From Protoeuglena noctilucae (Eukaryota): 64,000 bases of DNA. The stretch is taken from NCBI GenBank assembly GCA_958009085.1, contig OY253676.1, positions 372,001-436,000 on the forward strand, in the 5' to 3' direction. Positions 1 through 11,774 of the stretch are shown here, piece after piece. The translations under genes and the position numbers were made by a program. The notes beneath the pieces were generated by a model that was not told the DNA's origin, did no database searches, and was given only the letters and a program-made list of their open reading frames with translations. How positions within the stretch are numbered: the first letter of the stretch is position 1; the number at the start of each line of letters is the position of its first letter.

Positions 1-1222
1 CTCAGACGACGCGCCACTAGCACAGCTCTGTGTCTCCAGCAATGCATGGGCAAGCACTGGTCACCTGGCGAATGGGTCCCGCCGAGCCCGGGGCCAGGAA
101 CGACCTGATGTCCTGCCGCGGACCTGAGCGGGCCCCGGGCGACGTCGATGGCCTTCCGGGCGCGGGGGTGGAGGCTGCGCGGGATGCGGCCGTGCCAGGG
201 CCGCCCTGGGAGGGCGCGGCCTCCGCTTCCCCGCCTGCGGAGCCTGGCTCGGGCTGCTGCAAAGATCCAACCGTGGTCGGCGGCTGCGTCGATGACGCGG
301 CGGACGGGCGCACGCTGCTCAGAAACGCGGCCCAGTCATCCTGCCCCTCGTCCCTGCACCTCGGGAACCGGGGGCACGCCGTCGTGCGGCCGGCGGGTAT
401 TCTCAGACGCTAAGAATCGTGAAAATTACGCGCAGCGATGGGAAATTGGCGGCATTCACCCGGCGCGCCCTTCCACAGGCAGCGAAGAGCCGTAGCGGGT
501 AGCTCGGCCGCTCCCAGGCGCATCTCTTTCTGCGTGGGAAGGCAGGGAGGCGCATGTGCACGGAAATTGATTGAGTTTGGTCCAACAGGTGGGGCCCTGG
601 GATCCTCCACAGCCGGGGTCACGCGCGGACGTGAGCGTGGCCTCCATGGCGAAGACATCGCGCAGCAGCCGGCATTCCAGGACAATCTACCGCATGAAAC
701 TCGCCCGGGCGGTCTTGATGGACACTCGGCGAGGCCGCGGGGCCCAGCGTGCCAATCCCCGCCGAAGACCGGCGCTCGGCGCGCGCAAACGTCCGCATCC
801 CGGCGACTCAGGTGTTCAGCCCGCCCGGACCATCTTTAATCTATAAGACCGAGGTGCAGGCCACGCCTGACAGGGAATCGGGTCTGCCGTGAACGAGCAC
901 AGCCGAGCGGACTGCTGTACACAGCGCGAGTTCCACGCCCTCGCGCCCCCACGGCCGGCAGCAGCACAGCGCGGGCGTCGGTCGCAAGGAACGACGAAAC
1001 CCACCGCGTCGACGGGCGCATCTGCCCACTGCGAGTTCAGATCGCGACACAGAAGTCCTGCGGGCTCAAGAACCCGCAAGAACTTCGCACTTCAGCCTGA
1101 GTCTGAGCCGAGGTACATGATTGTTGGACCGTCCAGGCTGGCTGCGATCCAGGCTGCCTCATCAGGGTCCTGTAGTGAAGAGAACGCGTGTGCTACATGG
1201 ATGTACGTGAGCAAGCAGCGAG

Positions 1223-2932
1223 ATGGAGAGCCTCGTGAGCCTCGATGAGTTTGAGAGGGCTGCGGAGGATGTGATTCCTCAGATGGCACTGGACTACTAC
1301 AAGGGCGCTGCAGGTGCGGTTTGGTTGCGGGAGACGACGGACGCGTGCTCGGACCCGTGCTCGGATGCTCGGGGCGGCATCTGCGACCCGTGCGGCCACA
1401 TTCACGCATGCAGAGGGGGGAGACAGCATGAGGGAGAACAAAGCTGCCTTCTCGCGCTACAACTTCGTGCCGAGGATGCTGCGGGAGGTGGGGACGGTCG
1501 ACACCACCACTGAAGTGCTGGGAAACCGATTGAGGTGAAGAAAGGAGCGGCCTGCCGCGGGTGGCAGCGCCGGCAGTGCGTGACGCCGGCCGTTCACGGC
1601 ATCCGCAGCATGCCCGTCATGATTGCGCCCATGGCGATGATGCGGATGGCGCATGCGGACGGGGAGATCGCGGTGGCGAACGCGTCGGGGAAGCACGGGG
1701 TGTCCATGTGCCTATCGACCATGGCCACGACTTCCTTAGGTAAACGGGCGACGTGAGCTGCTGCCCGCCATAGCCGGGCTGGCAGTGCACAGCGGCTGTC
1801 AGTCACCGTGCATGCAGAGGACGTTCGCCGCGCTTTCCAGTTGAGTATGGAGGAGCACCGGCGAAAGCAGAGCAGCAGCCTACAGTCGGACATGTGGTTC
1901 CAGCTCTACGTGCTGAAAGGTGCTGCTGAGGCCGAGTGCATGGTTGCACATACCACCTTCGTCCCTCAAGGGAAGGGCCGGCTAGCGCCCGCCCGCACCC
2001 GCAGACCGCAAGTTCACGGCTGATCTCCTGCGGCGGGCACAGAGGCACGGCTACAAGGCAGTGGTCATCACTGTCGACGCCCCCGTGCTTGGCAAACGTG
2101 AGGCGGATGAGAAGAACCGTTTCCAGCTCCCGCACCACTTGCGGCTGTACAACATCGGTGAGTGCCACTGCTCGATGAGATGGTGTCACGTTGCTGTTCG
2201 CATGCGCATTGATGAGGCTCGGTCTGCACACAGAGGGCCTGGAGAGCAGCATCCGGGAGCAGGGACTGGGGGAGCGGCAACCAGGCTCCGCGCTGACGAA
2301 GCTCTTCGCGGATCAGTTGGACAACACCCTGGACTGGAGCATCATCAAGTTCGTGAAACAGGTCGTCGACCTGCCAGGTGTGGCTCCGGGTGCACCCGTG
2401 GGTAGCTCAGCCGCGTGCAGGCAGGCCGCCGTGTCGTTACGTCTCACTGGGGCCTTTCGTGATCGCAGTGTTGGTCAAGGGCGTGCTTTCGCCGGACGAT
2501 GCCGAGCTGGCCGTGCGGGCGGGTGCCGACGGCATCGTGGTGTCCAACCACGGCGGCCGGCAGCTGAACCACAGCCTTGCGTCGCTGGATGCGCTGCCGG
2601 CCGTGGCCCAGCGCGTCGCCCGGCGGGTGCCGGTCTTGCTCGACGGGGGCATCCGCCGGGGCACGGACGTCCTGATGGCACTGATGCTGGGGGCCGACGC
2701 CGTCTTGCTGGGCCGCCCTGTGCTGTGGGGCCTCGCCGTCGCAGGGGAGAAGGGCGTCTCGCGGGTGCTGGACATTGTGAGGGACGAGCTGCGCCGCGCC
2801 ATGGCGCTGTGCGGGGTGCGGTCGGTGCAGGAGGCCAAGAGCCAGTGCCTGCTCATTCGCAAGGGGGAAGTGCTTGGGGACCCCCAGCAAGCCCAGCCTC
2901 CTCTCCCTCTCCAAGCCGTTTCGCGCCTCTGA
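1223..2932 (+). CDS. FMN-dependent (S)-2-hydroxy-acid oxidase (glycolate/lactate oxidase family), 7 exons, C-terminal SRL
   Basis: Exons approx. 1223-1312, 1414-1534, 1609-1739, 1818-1919, 2005-2157, 2234-2377 and 2469-2932 splice in frame through GT-AG introns. Family motifs: [70 protein letters not shown]. Confidence 0.95.
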
Positions 2933-3300
2933 GCTGTGGTCGCTCCTTGCTGAAAGATGTTGACGCAGGACCACTGGCGGTCTCAGGCCGAATTCGCGGC
3001 GTCTTTGAGTCTGGCCATGATCACGTCTGGCGCTACTGCCTGGCAATTGGTCCAGGACCCTGCAAGCTGCTCTTGAAGTGCCGGCCCAGCAGTGTGCGCG
3101 GCAAGGGGACACGGCCCCCCTCGCGCTGCAACCTGGCTGGACTCACCCTGGGGCCTCCTGTGCGCCACGCCCCCGCCCTCCCCCTTCGCCCCGTTAGCCA
3201 CTCGTCTCATCCTGGCACGGCAGGAGCGACCCGCAATTTCAATGCGGTATCACATTGCACATAAGCGCACGCGCGTCTCCAGGGGCCGTGACTGGGCGTG

Positions 3301-4843
3301 ATGGTGAGCGTGTGGGTAACAACGCCGGCCGAGCGGCCAGACGTGGCAAGCAGCGCCTCTGGAAATGATAGTATACGTAGCTTGCTGCAAGAGAAAACAA
3401 ACAAAGCCCTCGCAAGACCGCCATCGGTCCCCATTGCACGCGAACCGACGCTGGATGCCAGCAGTCATGAAGCGCTGCAGTGCGCCGCTGCGAGCGCGGC
3501 AACCGCGAGGCTTCCTCACAACCTGCTCCATCCACGCTGTTTTGCAAGGCGGCGCGGTGGGAGGTGACGGTAACGTCCTTCCCTCGGCGCCATCCCCGTG
3601 CCCGTGGGGATTGGGCGGGTCTGCAGTTCCAAGGCCTGCCGGCGTCCGACGAGGAGCTGTTCAAGTTCCACGCGCTGCGGTCGCGTTTAAGGTACGACGC
3701 GGCAGGACACCAGGCTTCCCTCCGCTGCGCGCGTGTGCTCTGCTGAAGTCGCAGCCTCGCGACTTTTCCCCAGGGAGGGCATCCGGGCAGAGCGCGATGC
3801 CATTGCGCCACTGAGCAAGTCTGTGGAAGTGAGCGAAGAGAGGATCCGGGCAGGCCTCCGTCAGCACGTGGTTTGGGACGAGCAGGCCAGGTACGGGACC
3901 CAGGAGCCCCAGACCACCAACTGCCCATCAGCTCATCGTCTCCAAACGCATTCGAGTCGCTCCCCCAGATCATTCGAGGAAGACCTGGCCCGCGCCATCG
4001 CCCAGCTGCGGTATGCACAAGCGGTGGCCAGGGCCTACCCACCCGAGCGCACGGCGGAGGGGTCTCTGCTCGTGGCCAAGGTGCGCAAGCGCGGGCCGCC
4101 CTGGAGACACCCAGGGCTGCACCCGCACGCGGAAGTGATGCACAGGAGCGCCTGCCCACGCAGTGTGCTCGAGACATCTACCTCGCGGAGGCCCACCTGG
4201 ACTACTTGCGTAGCCAGCTGGCGGGGCTAGAGGAGCGGCTATTGGCCATGCGCCAAGGTGCGGCTAGCCTTATGCGCCGGCGGGCACGCACCGAGACGAG
4301 CGGAGCGCAGGGCAGACGACCGAGACGAGCGGAGCGCAGGGCAGACGCACGGCTGTCCTGCTCCCACACGCAGAGCTTGGGCGGGACTCGGCGGAGCTGG
4401 CCAGGAGGAAGGAGGTCCTGCAGCGGCTCGTGGCGCAATTGAGGCAGGCATCCCGCCATTGCCGACAGAGCATGTGCTTCAAGCGGCTTTGGTGAGCGCT
4501 GCACTGCAAGCGCGGGTTGTCAGGCGCGGAGCAGCAGTGGGGCAGGTTGGATGAGCCCCACGTCACCTGCCACGCAGGCCCGAGGGGTGGCCGACTCCGG
4601 TGTGTGCATGCACGTGCGGTGAATGCTACAAGCAGCTCCGCGGGGGGAGCTGGGCGGATCAAAGGAGTGAGTTGCGCCTCTGGGGCAGGGCCTGGCCCAC
4701 ATGGTGTGGGGCCCAACGGGTTGAGAGGCAATACAAGATACTCTCCCCCCTGAGTCGCAGGTACAGCGCACCATGGCGTCGCTTTTGACGAGCTTGGTCG
4801 GATGTCGCCGTCGGGAGCCCTTTTCTCGCTCCAGCGTGCATAA
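3301..4843 (+). CDS. Hypothetical multi-exon protein, helical/coiled-coil, with a short Cys cluster (CACTCGEC) near the C-terminus; start uncertain
   Basis: A chain of GT-AG introns (donors near 3564, 3692, 3891, 4081, 4258, 4492, 4667) splices into a continuous frame (FQGLPASDEELFKFHALRSRL...SFEEDLARAIAQLRY...FSLQRA*) with TAA at 4841-4843. No family recognised. Confidence 0.55.
4290..4347. repeat. Exact 29-bp tandem duplication inside an intron
   Basis: accgagacgagcggagcgcagggcagacg occurs twice (4290-4318, 4319-4347). Confidence 0.9.
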
Positions 4844-5525
4844 TGCGAGTTGAAAGGATCGCCAAGCCGAATGTTTCTTGCGACAGATGCGCTGATACGC
4901 CCCAGAGTGACGGGGCCCACGGCCTTCAATGTGTGCGTCGCGTCTGGCGCCAGGAGCCGGGGGCCCGCGGCCTCTCAACGCCCCGTCACGCGCGCAACTG
5001 CGAACACGTTGATCACATCTCGCAGAATCGATGGGGCAGCGCCTCTCCACGGCTTTGGGCAAGGTGAGGGCGCTGGGCGCGTTAGGCCTCTCGCGAATGG
5101 CGCGGGAGCCTCCTCACATGTACTCGCCGTGATCCGTAATTCTATGGCCGACGGTGTCCGCGGACCGCCTCAGGCCTCACGCGAGATGCCGTGGTGACAT
5201 TTCCCCGCGCATCTCGAGTCCCTTGTCCACGGCTGTCGCGGGAGATCGCAACGCATGTTTGCATGGGCGGCGGGGAAATGTTTCAGGGCCGGCGGTTGGC
5301 AGCCCGCGCCCCCGCGCGCTTGCTAAATTGAGGCGCGGGCCTGGAGAGTGTTCTGCGTCGGATCTCCCCCTCGTTATGGCCTGCGCTGCCGGTCCCCTAC
5401 TCTTTGTAGTTAGCAGAAGGCGCGCCGCGGTTTGGGCGCCCCCCAGGCGCCGGCGGGAGTCTCTCGTTGCCCGAGCGCCTTGTCGGCCCACGCCCCCGCC
5501 CCGCCGATTCGCCGCGCAGAGCATC

Positions 5526-6135
5526 ATGGGCGGCGACGGTCACGGCAATGCCCACATCATCCAGTCCAAGCAGGACTGGGAGGCCAAGTTCGCCGAGGCG
5601 AAGGCGGTGCGTGGAGCACGGTCATGGCTCGCGCTGCTGCGGTCTCGGGCCCTGACCGTGGCCCTTGGCTCTGAGGCTAATCTGGATGGTTGCGTTTCAG
5701 AGCGCCTCAATGCCTGTCCTGGTGCAACCGCAGTCGGGCAAGAAGATCGTCGTGGACTTCTGGGCCGAGTGGTGCGGGCCGTGCCGGATGATCGCCCCCC
5801 ACTTCGCTCGGCTGTCGGAGGAGATGACGAACTGGATCTTCCTCAAGGTGGACGTCGACTCGCAGGACACGCTCTCCGCCGAATGCGGCATCCGTGCCAT
5901 GCCCACGTTCCAGTTCTACGACTCGGACGGCAAGAAGATCGACGAGCTTGTGGGGGCCTCCATCGATGCCTTGGTGAGGAGACGCTGCCCGGTGGCGGGT
6001 CTTACGGGTTTGAGCTGCATCGATGCTGCACGGCGTCCAGCCATGGACTGCCTCCGCGCTGCCCATCGCCGGCACCCCTACAATCTTGCGCTGATTCTCC
6101 CGTACTCGCAGACCACGAAGCTGAAGACGCTTTGA
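5526..6135 (+). CDS. TRXh: Cytosolic (h-type) thioredoxin, 3 exons
   Basis: Exons 5526-5606, 5734-5973, 6112-6135. Motifs VVDFWAEWCGPCRMIAP, FLKVDVD and IRAMPTF. No transit peptide. Confidence 0.95.
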
Positions 6136-6393
6136 AGGGCTCCTGCTTTGCACCGCACCCTGCTTGGCGATCAATCCGCTGTATTTTCGCTGCTTGGCCC
6201 CATTCCATGAGGCTACGACGTCTTTGAAGTGCATGTTTGCGCCACCTTATTCCTCGATGCCGAAGCGACGCGTCGCCTGACGCCCCGACGCCAGCGCACG
6301 GCACACCTCTCGCGAATTGTGGCCCCACGAGCGCGTCAGCTGGCAGCCGGGAGCGCAAGCCGTAGCCAAGTCATAACTCCGCCGCCGTCAGTC

Positions 6394-9171
6394 ATGGCGC
6401 AGAGCGCTCGACCCGACCCAGGAGGGGAGGAACCAGGGGAGGAGGAGCGTGCGGCTGACTTACCGAGCCGCAAAGTGCTCGAATTGCTCAATGCGTACAT
6501 CGAGAACCTGGTGGGCGAGCGTCCGTCAGGATGGGCCGTCTCCACGGTCGAGAGTGTCGCGGCGCTTGAGGTGCGGTCTGCCCGCCGAGAGCGCAGTCGC
6601 GCTCTGGGTCCTGGGCGACCACGAATGGGGCGCGTGCATTGCTTTCGCGTGCGTGAGCGCGTCGGCACGACTCTGGGTCCCTCGCACTGCCGGCCCTGGA
6701 CAAGAGAGGTCGGACTATGGGTTGTTTCCTCGCCGTGATGCTGCAGGGCATGACTCCGCAGGACCTCCTCAACCTCCCGACGACGCGCTGTATCTTCAAC
6801 GCCCCGGACGGAAAGCATTGTGAGCCTCCTGGCCGTATCTCACGCACCCTCGCTGCCTATCGTCCTCGTTTGCCCTGCCGAGCGAACGAATGCCTAGCGT
6901 GCCCCTCGCAGTCACGCATATCTCCGAGGTGTCAAAGGCCTTGCTGGAGAACGCGGTCTCCATCACCCCGTTAAGCACACGACCTCACAGCGCCGTCTCA
7001 TCCCTAGCCGGCACGCCCACCTTGGCTCTGGCCGATGGCAAGGTGCGGCGTGATGCGCCTTCTTGGGGCTGTTGCTGGCCCCGTTGTCGGCTGAGCAAGC
7101 GGAGCAGCTTGCCCTCGGCTACTCCAAGCGACTTCCTGCACCGAGCCCCCAGGTGCTGAGCTACAAAGTGGTGGATGCGGGGAAGGTGGCGCCGGCGGAT
7201 GCGGGCAAGCCTGCCGCAGCGGACGTTGGGAGGCCGATTGACCCTGCCCCGAGCGCTGGGGCGGTCGAGGGGACGGTGGAGCATGCGAGCGGGTCCAAGG
7301 GCGCGAAGGATGGCGGGGCCAAAGAGGCGGACTCGATCGAGACGCCGGAGGATGCTGCTAAGTTGCTGGAGGAGGTCAAGTCCTTGCGGAGCTACCGGGA
7401 GTGGGCCGCCGAGCGTATCAGGTGGGGGACTGGCAGTCCTAGTGTAACTGTCCGCGAAGCTCGGGCGGCGTCCGACGTTCCTTCCCCGGGCTCGGCGCGG
7501 TCCGGCGCTGCCCGGGCCTGCATCTGCGACACGCTCGGCCCGCAGTGCGCTGCTCAGCCAGGCCATGACCCGGGAGCGTCCTCTGGCGGAGGAGCTGAGG
7601 CAGCTGCGGGAGCGGGTGCGCGCGATTGAACAGGAGCGAGACGCACTCCGGGCCGAGCGGGACACGGTGTCGGGGCGGCTGAAGGACTTTGAGAGGGTGC
7701 TGGACCGGTTGCGCGGCGCGACCCAGGAGGAAGCGGAGCAGCGGTGGGCCTTCGAGCGGCGCATCAAGTCGGCCGAGGCCGAGCTCCACGGCGCCAAGCT
7801 GCGGTGAGTTGCAGTCGCAATGGGCGTAAGATGGCCACCGACCGCGGGTGGCGTGCCATGTGCGAGCCACCACTGCTTCGCGTGCTCGCCTGGTGCCCTT
7901 CTCGTCTGCCCTCTGACCCGGCTTCGCGCCTCGCACATCCCAGAGAGGAGGAGTACGAGCGGAAGCTGGAGGCGGCCGAGGCGCGGCTGGCGCAGGCGCA
8001 GGCGCGGCAGGGCACAGCCGAGGGGCAGCGCCGGCAGGCGCAGGAGGAGCTCCGGGCGGCGCGGAAGCGCGTGGAGAGCCTGGAGAAAGCGCTCGCGGAG
8101 GCGGAGGAGCAGCGGGACAAGCACGCGCGGGCGGCCGAGTCAGCGACACGGCGGGCGGTGACGGAGGAAGAGGCGCGGCGGCAGGCCCAGGGGGTCGCGA
8201 AGGGCCTGGAAGCGCAGCGCCTGGGGGACGCGAATCGGGCGCGGGCCGCGGAGGAGGCGCTTGCGACGGCGCGGCAGGACCTGGCGGCGCTGCGTGCGGA
8301 GAAGGAGGCGGCGTCGCGGGCAGCGGCGGCACTGCGGCGAGACATCGAGGCGCTGCGGATGCAGGCGGGCATGGCGAGGCCCAAGGGGGCCGGCGGCGGG
8401 TCCAAGGGGCGCGACGAGGGGCCAGGGTCGTCAGGGCCGGCGACGGCCGCACCCACGCCTGCGTCGCAGTCGCACTCGGTCCCTGCGAGCCCCCAGAAGG
8501 GCGTGCAAATATGGGCGCGGGGTGCGCCGACGCGGGGTATCCCGGCACCGTCCTCCCGGCCCCAAAGCCCCCCTCCTTTGGCAGCCGACCGCTCTCCGCC
8601 GGAGGCCCACGCCGCCCCCCGCAGCCGCGGTGCGGTCTCCACCCAAGAGCCGGCCGCTCCCGAGGGGGCACGCGCCGCGAGCGCGGACGGCGAGCGCACC
8701 GCGCAGGGGCTGCTGGACCCCGTCTTATGGGGTGGCAGCCTCGCCAGGCAGGCCGCGGCGCTGGGGCCGATTGGGTTCCTGCCAGCACCTGGTGGGGGTG
8801 CCGCGGGCATCGCAGGCGTCGCGGCCGCGCAGGGTGGCAGCGCGATGGGCAGCACGGGGCCTCCCCGGCTCGGCTCGGGCGACATGGGCTTGCCGGCGGC
8901 CATGGCGGCTGGCTTCGAGGGTTTGGAGGACGGCCTGGACTCGGCCGTGGCTGCGCTGGACGCCATGTTTGCTGTTGGATCGGAGCCCTTTGCAGCTTCC
9001 GATGGCCTCGGGATGGCGGGGGCTGCGGGCTCTGCCCTCCCTTTCCCAGGTGAGCCGGACAGGGTGGGACACGCGCTGTCACAGCAAAGCCTTTCGCGTT
9101 CATGTGGAAATGCTGGTACGAGCGTGCTCGCAGGCGGGTGGAATATGCCTGGTGGGTATGGTCAAATGTAG
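6394..9171 (+). CDS. Protein with an N-terminal MBD-like motif, a long central coiled coil and a low-complexity C-terminus
   Basis: The spliced N-terminus LELLNAYIENLVGERPSGWAV...CIFNAPDGKHFTHISEVSKAL resembles the MBD consensus (GW...Y.SPDGK.FRS..EV..YL). E/A/R-rich heptads at about 7565-8360. Stop TAG at 9169-9171. Confidence 0.7.
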
Positions 9172-9295
9172 AGCGGGGCGGGCAGGTGGCATGCACCGTT
9201 TCAACACAACGATGTGCATGTGAAGGAGAGTGCGGGTGGTTGTTTTGAGCTAGGCGTCGTTTCAATCGATGATGTTCACAACATCACCAGCCTCA

Positions 9296-11514
9296 TCAAA
9301 TGCCGCTGCCGTCCGTGAGCCGGGTCCTGCGAGAAGGCTTACGGGCATGCGTCAGTAGAGGTCGTGGTAGGGGCTACTAGACTCGAGGCACCATGCTTAG
9401 CCAGCAGTGCTCTGCCGACATATTACCAAGAGACTCAAAGCGGCATGTTTAGTCAGCTACGCTCAGCAAACCGTGTCTCACCGCATCGAATCCTTCTCTG
9501 GTAGGTCTTCCACAAACTTGTCCCACGTGGGGATGCCCCGGCCACTCTTGCGCACAGACCCGTCCAGCTGGATCTGCAGAGACGTCAGAGAAGCGAAGCT
9601 CTATCGGATGGTGTGCAACTTATCTGCGCGACCCTAACCACCCGGTGCAGTTGCATAGCATGCAGACACTGCGCCACCCACCTGCAGCCACAATAGCTGG
9701 CCCTCTGCACCCCCGACCTTCTCAGACTCTGGTTGGTCCCTCAGCCAACGCAGCCACTCCCCAGCGTCCCCCGGCTCGACGCGCCACCGATCGCTCTTCT
9801 TCTTCCCACCCTGCGCGTGCCACGTTCGCCAGCGCTCTCCCCAGTGACGTCATGTGAGCATTGTCAAGCCACTAGTAACGCACCAAGAGCACAATCCTGG
9901 GCCTCAACGGCAGCCGGGCCCCGCCCTATCTCTGTAGCCCACCCGAAGCTTCCTCGCGTGGCATGCCATGCCATTCTCACCTTGGCCTCCTGCTTCTCGA
10001 ACCCCTTTGAAGCCTCTCCCTCCTTCTTCCCCGTCGAGAACTCCCCCTTCAGGGCAGCGAGCATCCGGTCCGACTCCTCCAACGCGTCCCGGCCACCGAC
10101 GTCCACAATCACGGGCACCACGCACACTCCACGGAGGAGCAACTCCTCTTTGAACGCCTCCGCGGCGCGAAGGGCCCGCGACACCTGCCCCTGCGGCGCG
10201 GCGAGGTGGGCAGGGACCTTGTCGCCGCACAGTGATGGCGTCCACACCACGACTGCACAGGCTGCGGCACTGGACGGACGCAACCGAGCACAGGTCTGGG
10301 CCTCGCCTGCGATCCGAAGACGATGACGGGGCGGCTGACGAGGCGCAGCGACTCGAGGAGCACCGTGCGCCCGTTCACGACGACCTCGAGCTTCCCGAGG
10401 TCCTCCTCCCGCGCCACCTTGCTCTCGGCCTGGGCTTTGGTGCGCAGGTCGTTCCGCACCAGCGCAGAGAAGAGCGCGACGGCCCCGGTGTTGACGGCGA
10501 GGTTCGTCAGCGTCTCGTTCAAATCCGGGGCTCCCTCGCCTCCCTTGACGGCGGCCGCGAGCCGCGACAGGATGATGAGGAGGCCGGCCGAGGCACCGAT
10601 GAGCAAGCCACCGAAGAAGACCAGTCGAGGGAAGCGGAAAGGCGCGCGGGCCTGCGGGCATCGTTCGGATGGGGTCAGCGAGGGCACATGCACAGGCGCG
10701 TGCGGGAACGACGCCACAGCACGAGTGTCATGGCAGCAGAGGTCAGAGCTGTCTGTGCGAGGCTCGCGCGCGCCACATCTCGTACGCTCACCTCTGCGCG
10801 CATCTGCACCAGCTGCTTCTTGTCCGGTGCACCCTTCAGCCGCGTCAGCATCTCTGCCCACTCGCGGCGCTCCCGCAGCGCGGCAAGGTCCTTGTCTCGG
10901 ATCGCGACACTGAGCTTGAGATCGTAGCGCTCCACGGCTGCCTCCACCGCCCGGGCCGCCTCCTCCCACCGCTGCAGCTTGGTGCACGCGCATGCAGCGT
11001 TGTACTCGGCAGCTCGTGCCTCGTCCGCCGTCGGGCGCTTGTCCATTGCTGCGCGGAACATCCGCAGCGCGGACTCATAGTCCCCCCCGCTGAAAAGCTC
11101 CAGGCCGCGGTTCACGGCGTCCGCAGCCTTGTCGGGGATGGCCACCTTGCCCTCCGCCTTGGCGTGCACACGGGCCGGGCAACCGCGTGCGCTCAACCGG
11201 GCCGGAGCCTGCGACCACCCGAGATGCAGGTCGATCAATAGCGTCCTCTGACACGCACGAAGAGCGCCGCGCGGGACTGTGGCGACGCTTGGGGCACGGA
11301 TGAGGATGTGTGGTTGGCCAACCGGCGCAAGCCCTGCCCCGCGCGCGATGCGCGGACCCGCAGAGCAAAACGTTCCACAATTGAACCGACCGACAGTGCT
11401 GGATGTCCCATGCGCCCAACGTCGCAGCGGGGATACCTGAGGCTTCGTGTGAGTGAGGTGCCGTGGCCTGCCGGCACCCAGGAGCGGTTGGCGGCACGGC
11501 AAGGGGGCAATCAT
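9296..11514 (-). CDS. LPA1: LOW PSII ACCUMULATION 1-like protein (TPR + DUF3493), plastid PSII assembly factor; start uncertain
   Basis: TPR segment AVNRGLELFSGGDYESAL...AAEYNAACACTKL. Also AEARAPFRFPRLVFFGG, two hydrophobic helices, LESLRLVSRPVIV, EWLRWLRDQ and IQLDGSVRKSGRGIPTW. Last exon RTRLTDGSGI* with the stop at 9296-9298. Confidence 0.88.
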
Positions 11515-11774
11515 GACGATGCTGTGTCGGTTATGAAACCTTGACCCCAAGAATTGAGACGATGACGTTCGGTGGCGCCTCACGAAGATCGTACTCTCTA
11601 GGCGTGGCTCCCTTTGGTCGCTCTACCATGGATTCGGATGCAGTCTCTTCCGATACTGCCGAGGCAGGGCAAGACGAGTGCACTTTCAACGAAACCTAAC
11701 TCGATCGCCTGCCAGACTTCTGGCAAGCACCGCTGCCAGCTGCAGCTGTCGCAGGCTCCTACGTCCTACATCTC

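Noticed and set aside
1..846. ORFs 30-413 and 571-846 as the 3' end of an upstream gene
   Set aside because: No recognisable motifs and no reliable splice model. It may be coding, but this window alone does not support it.
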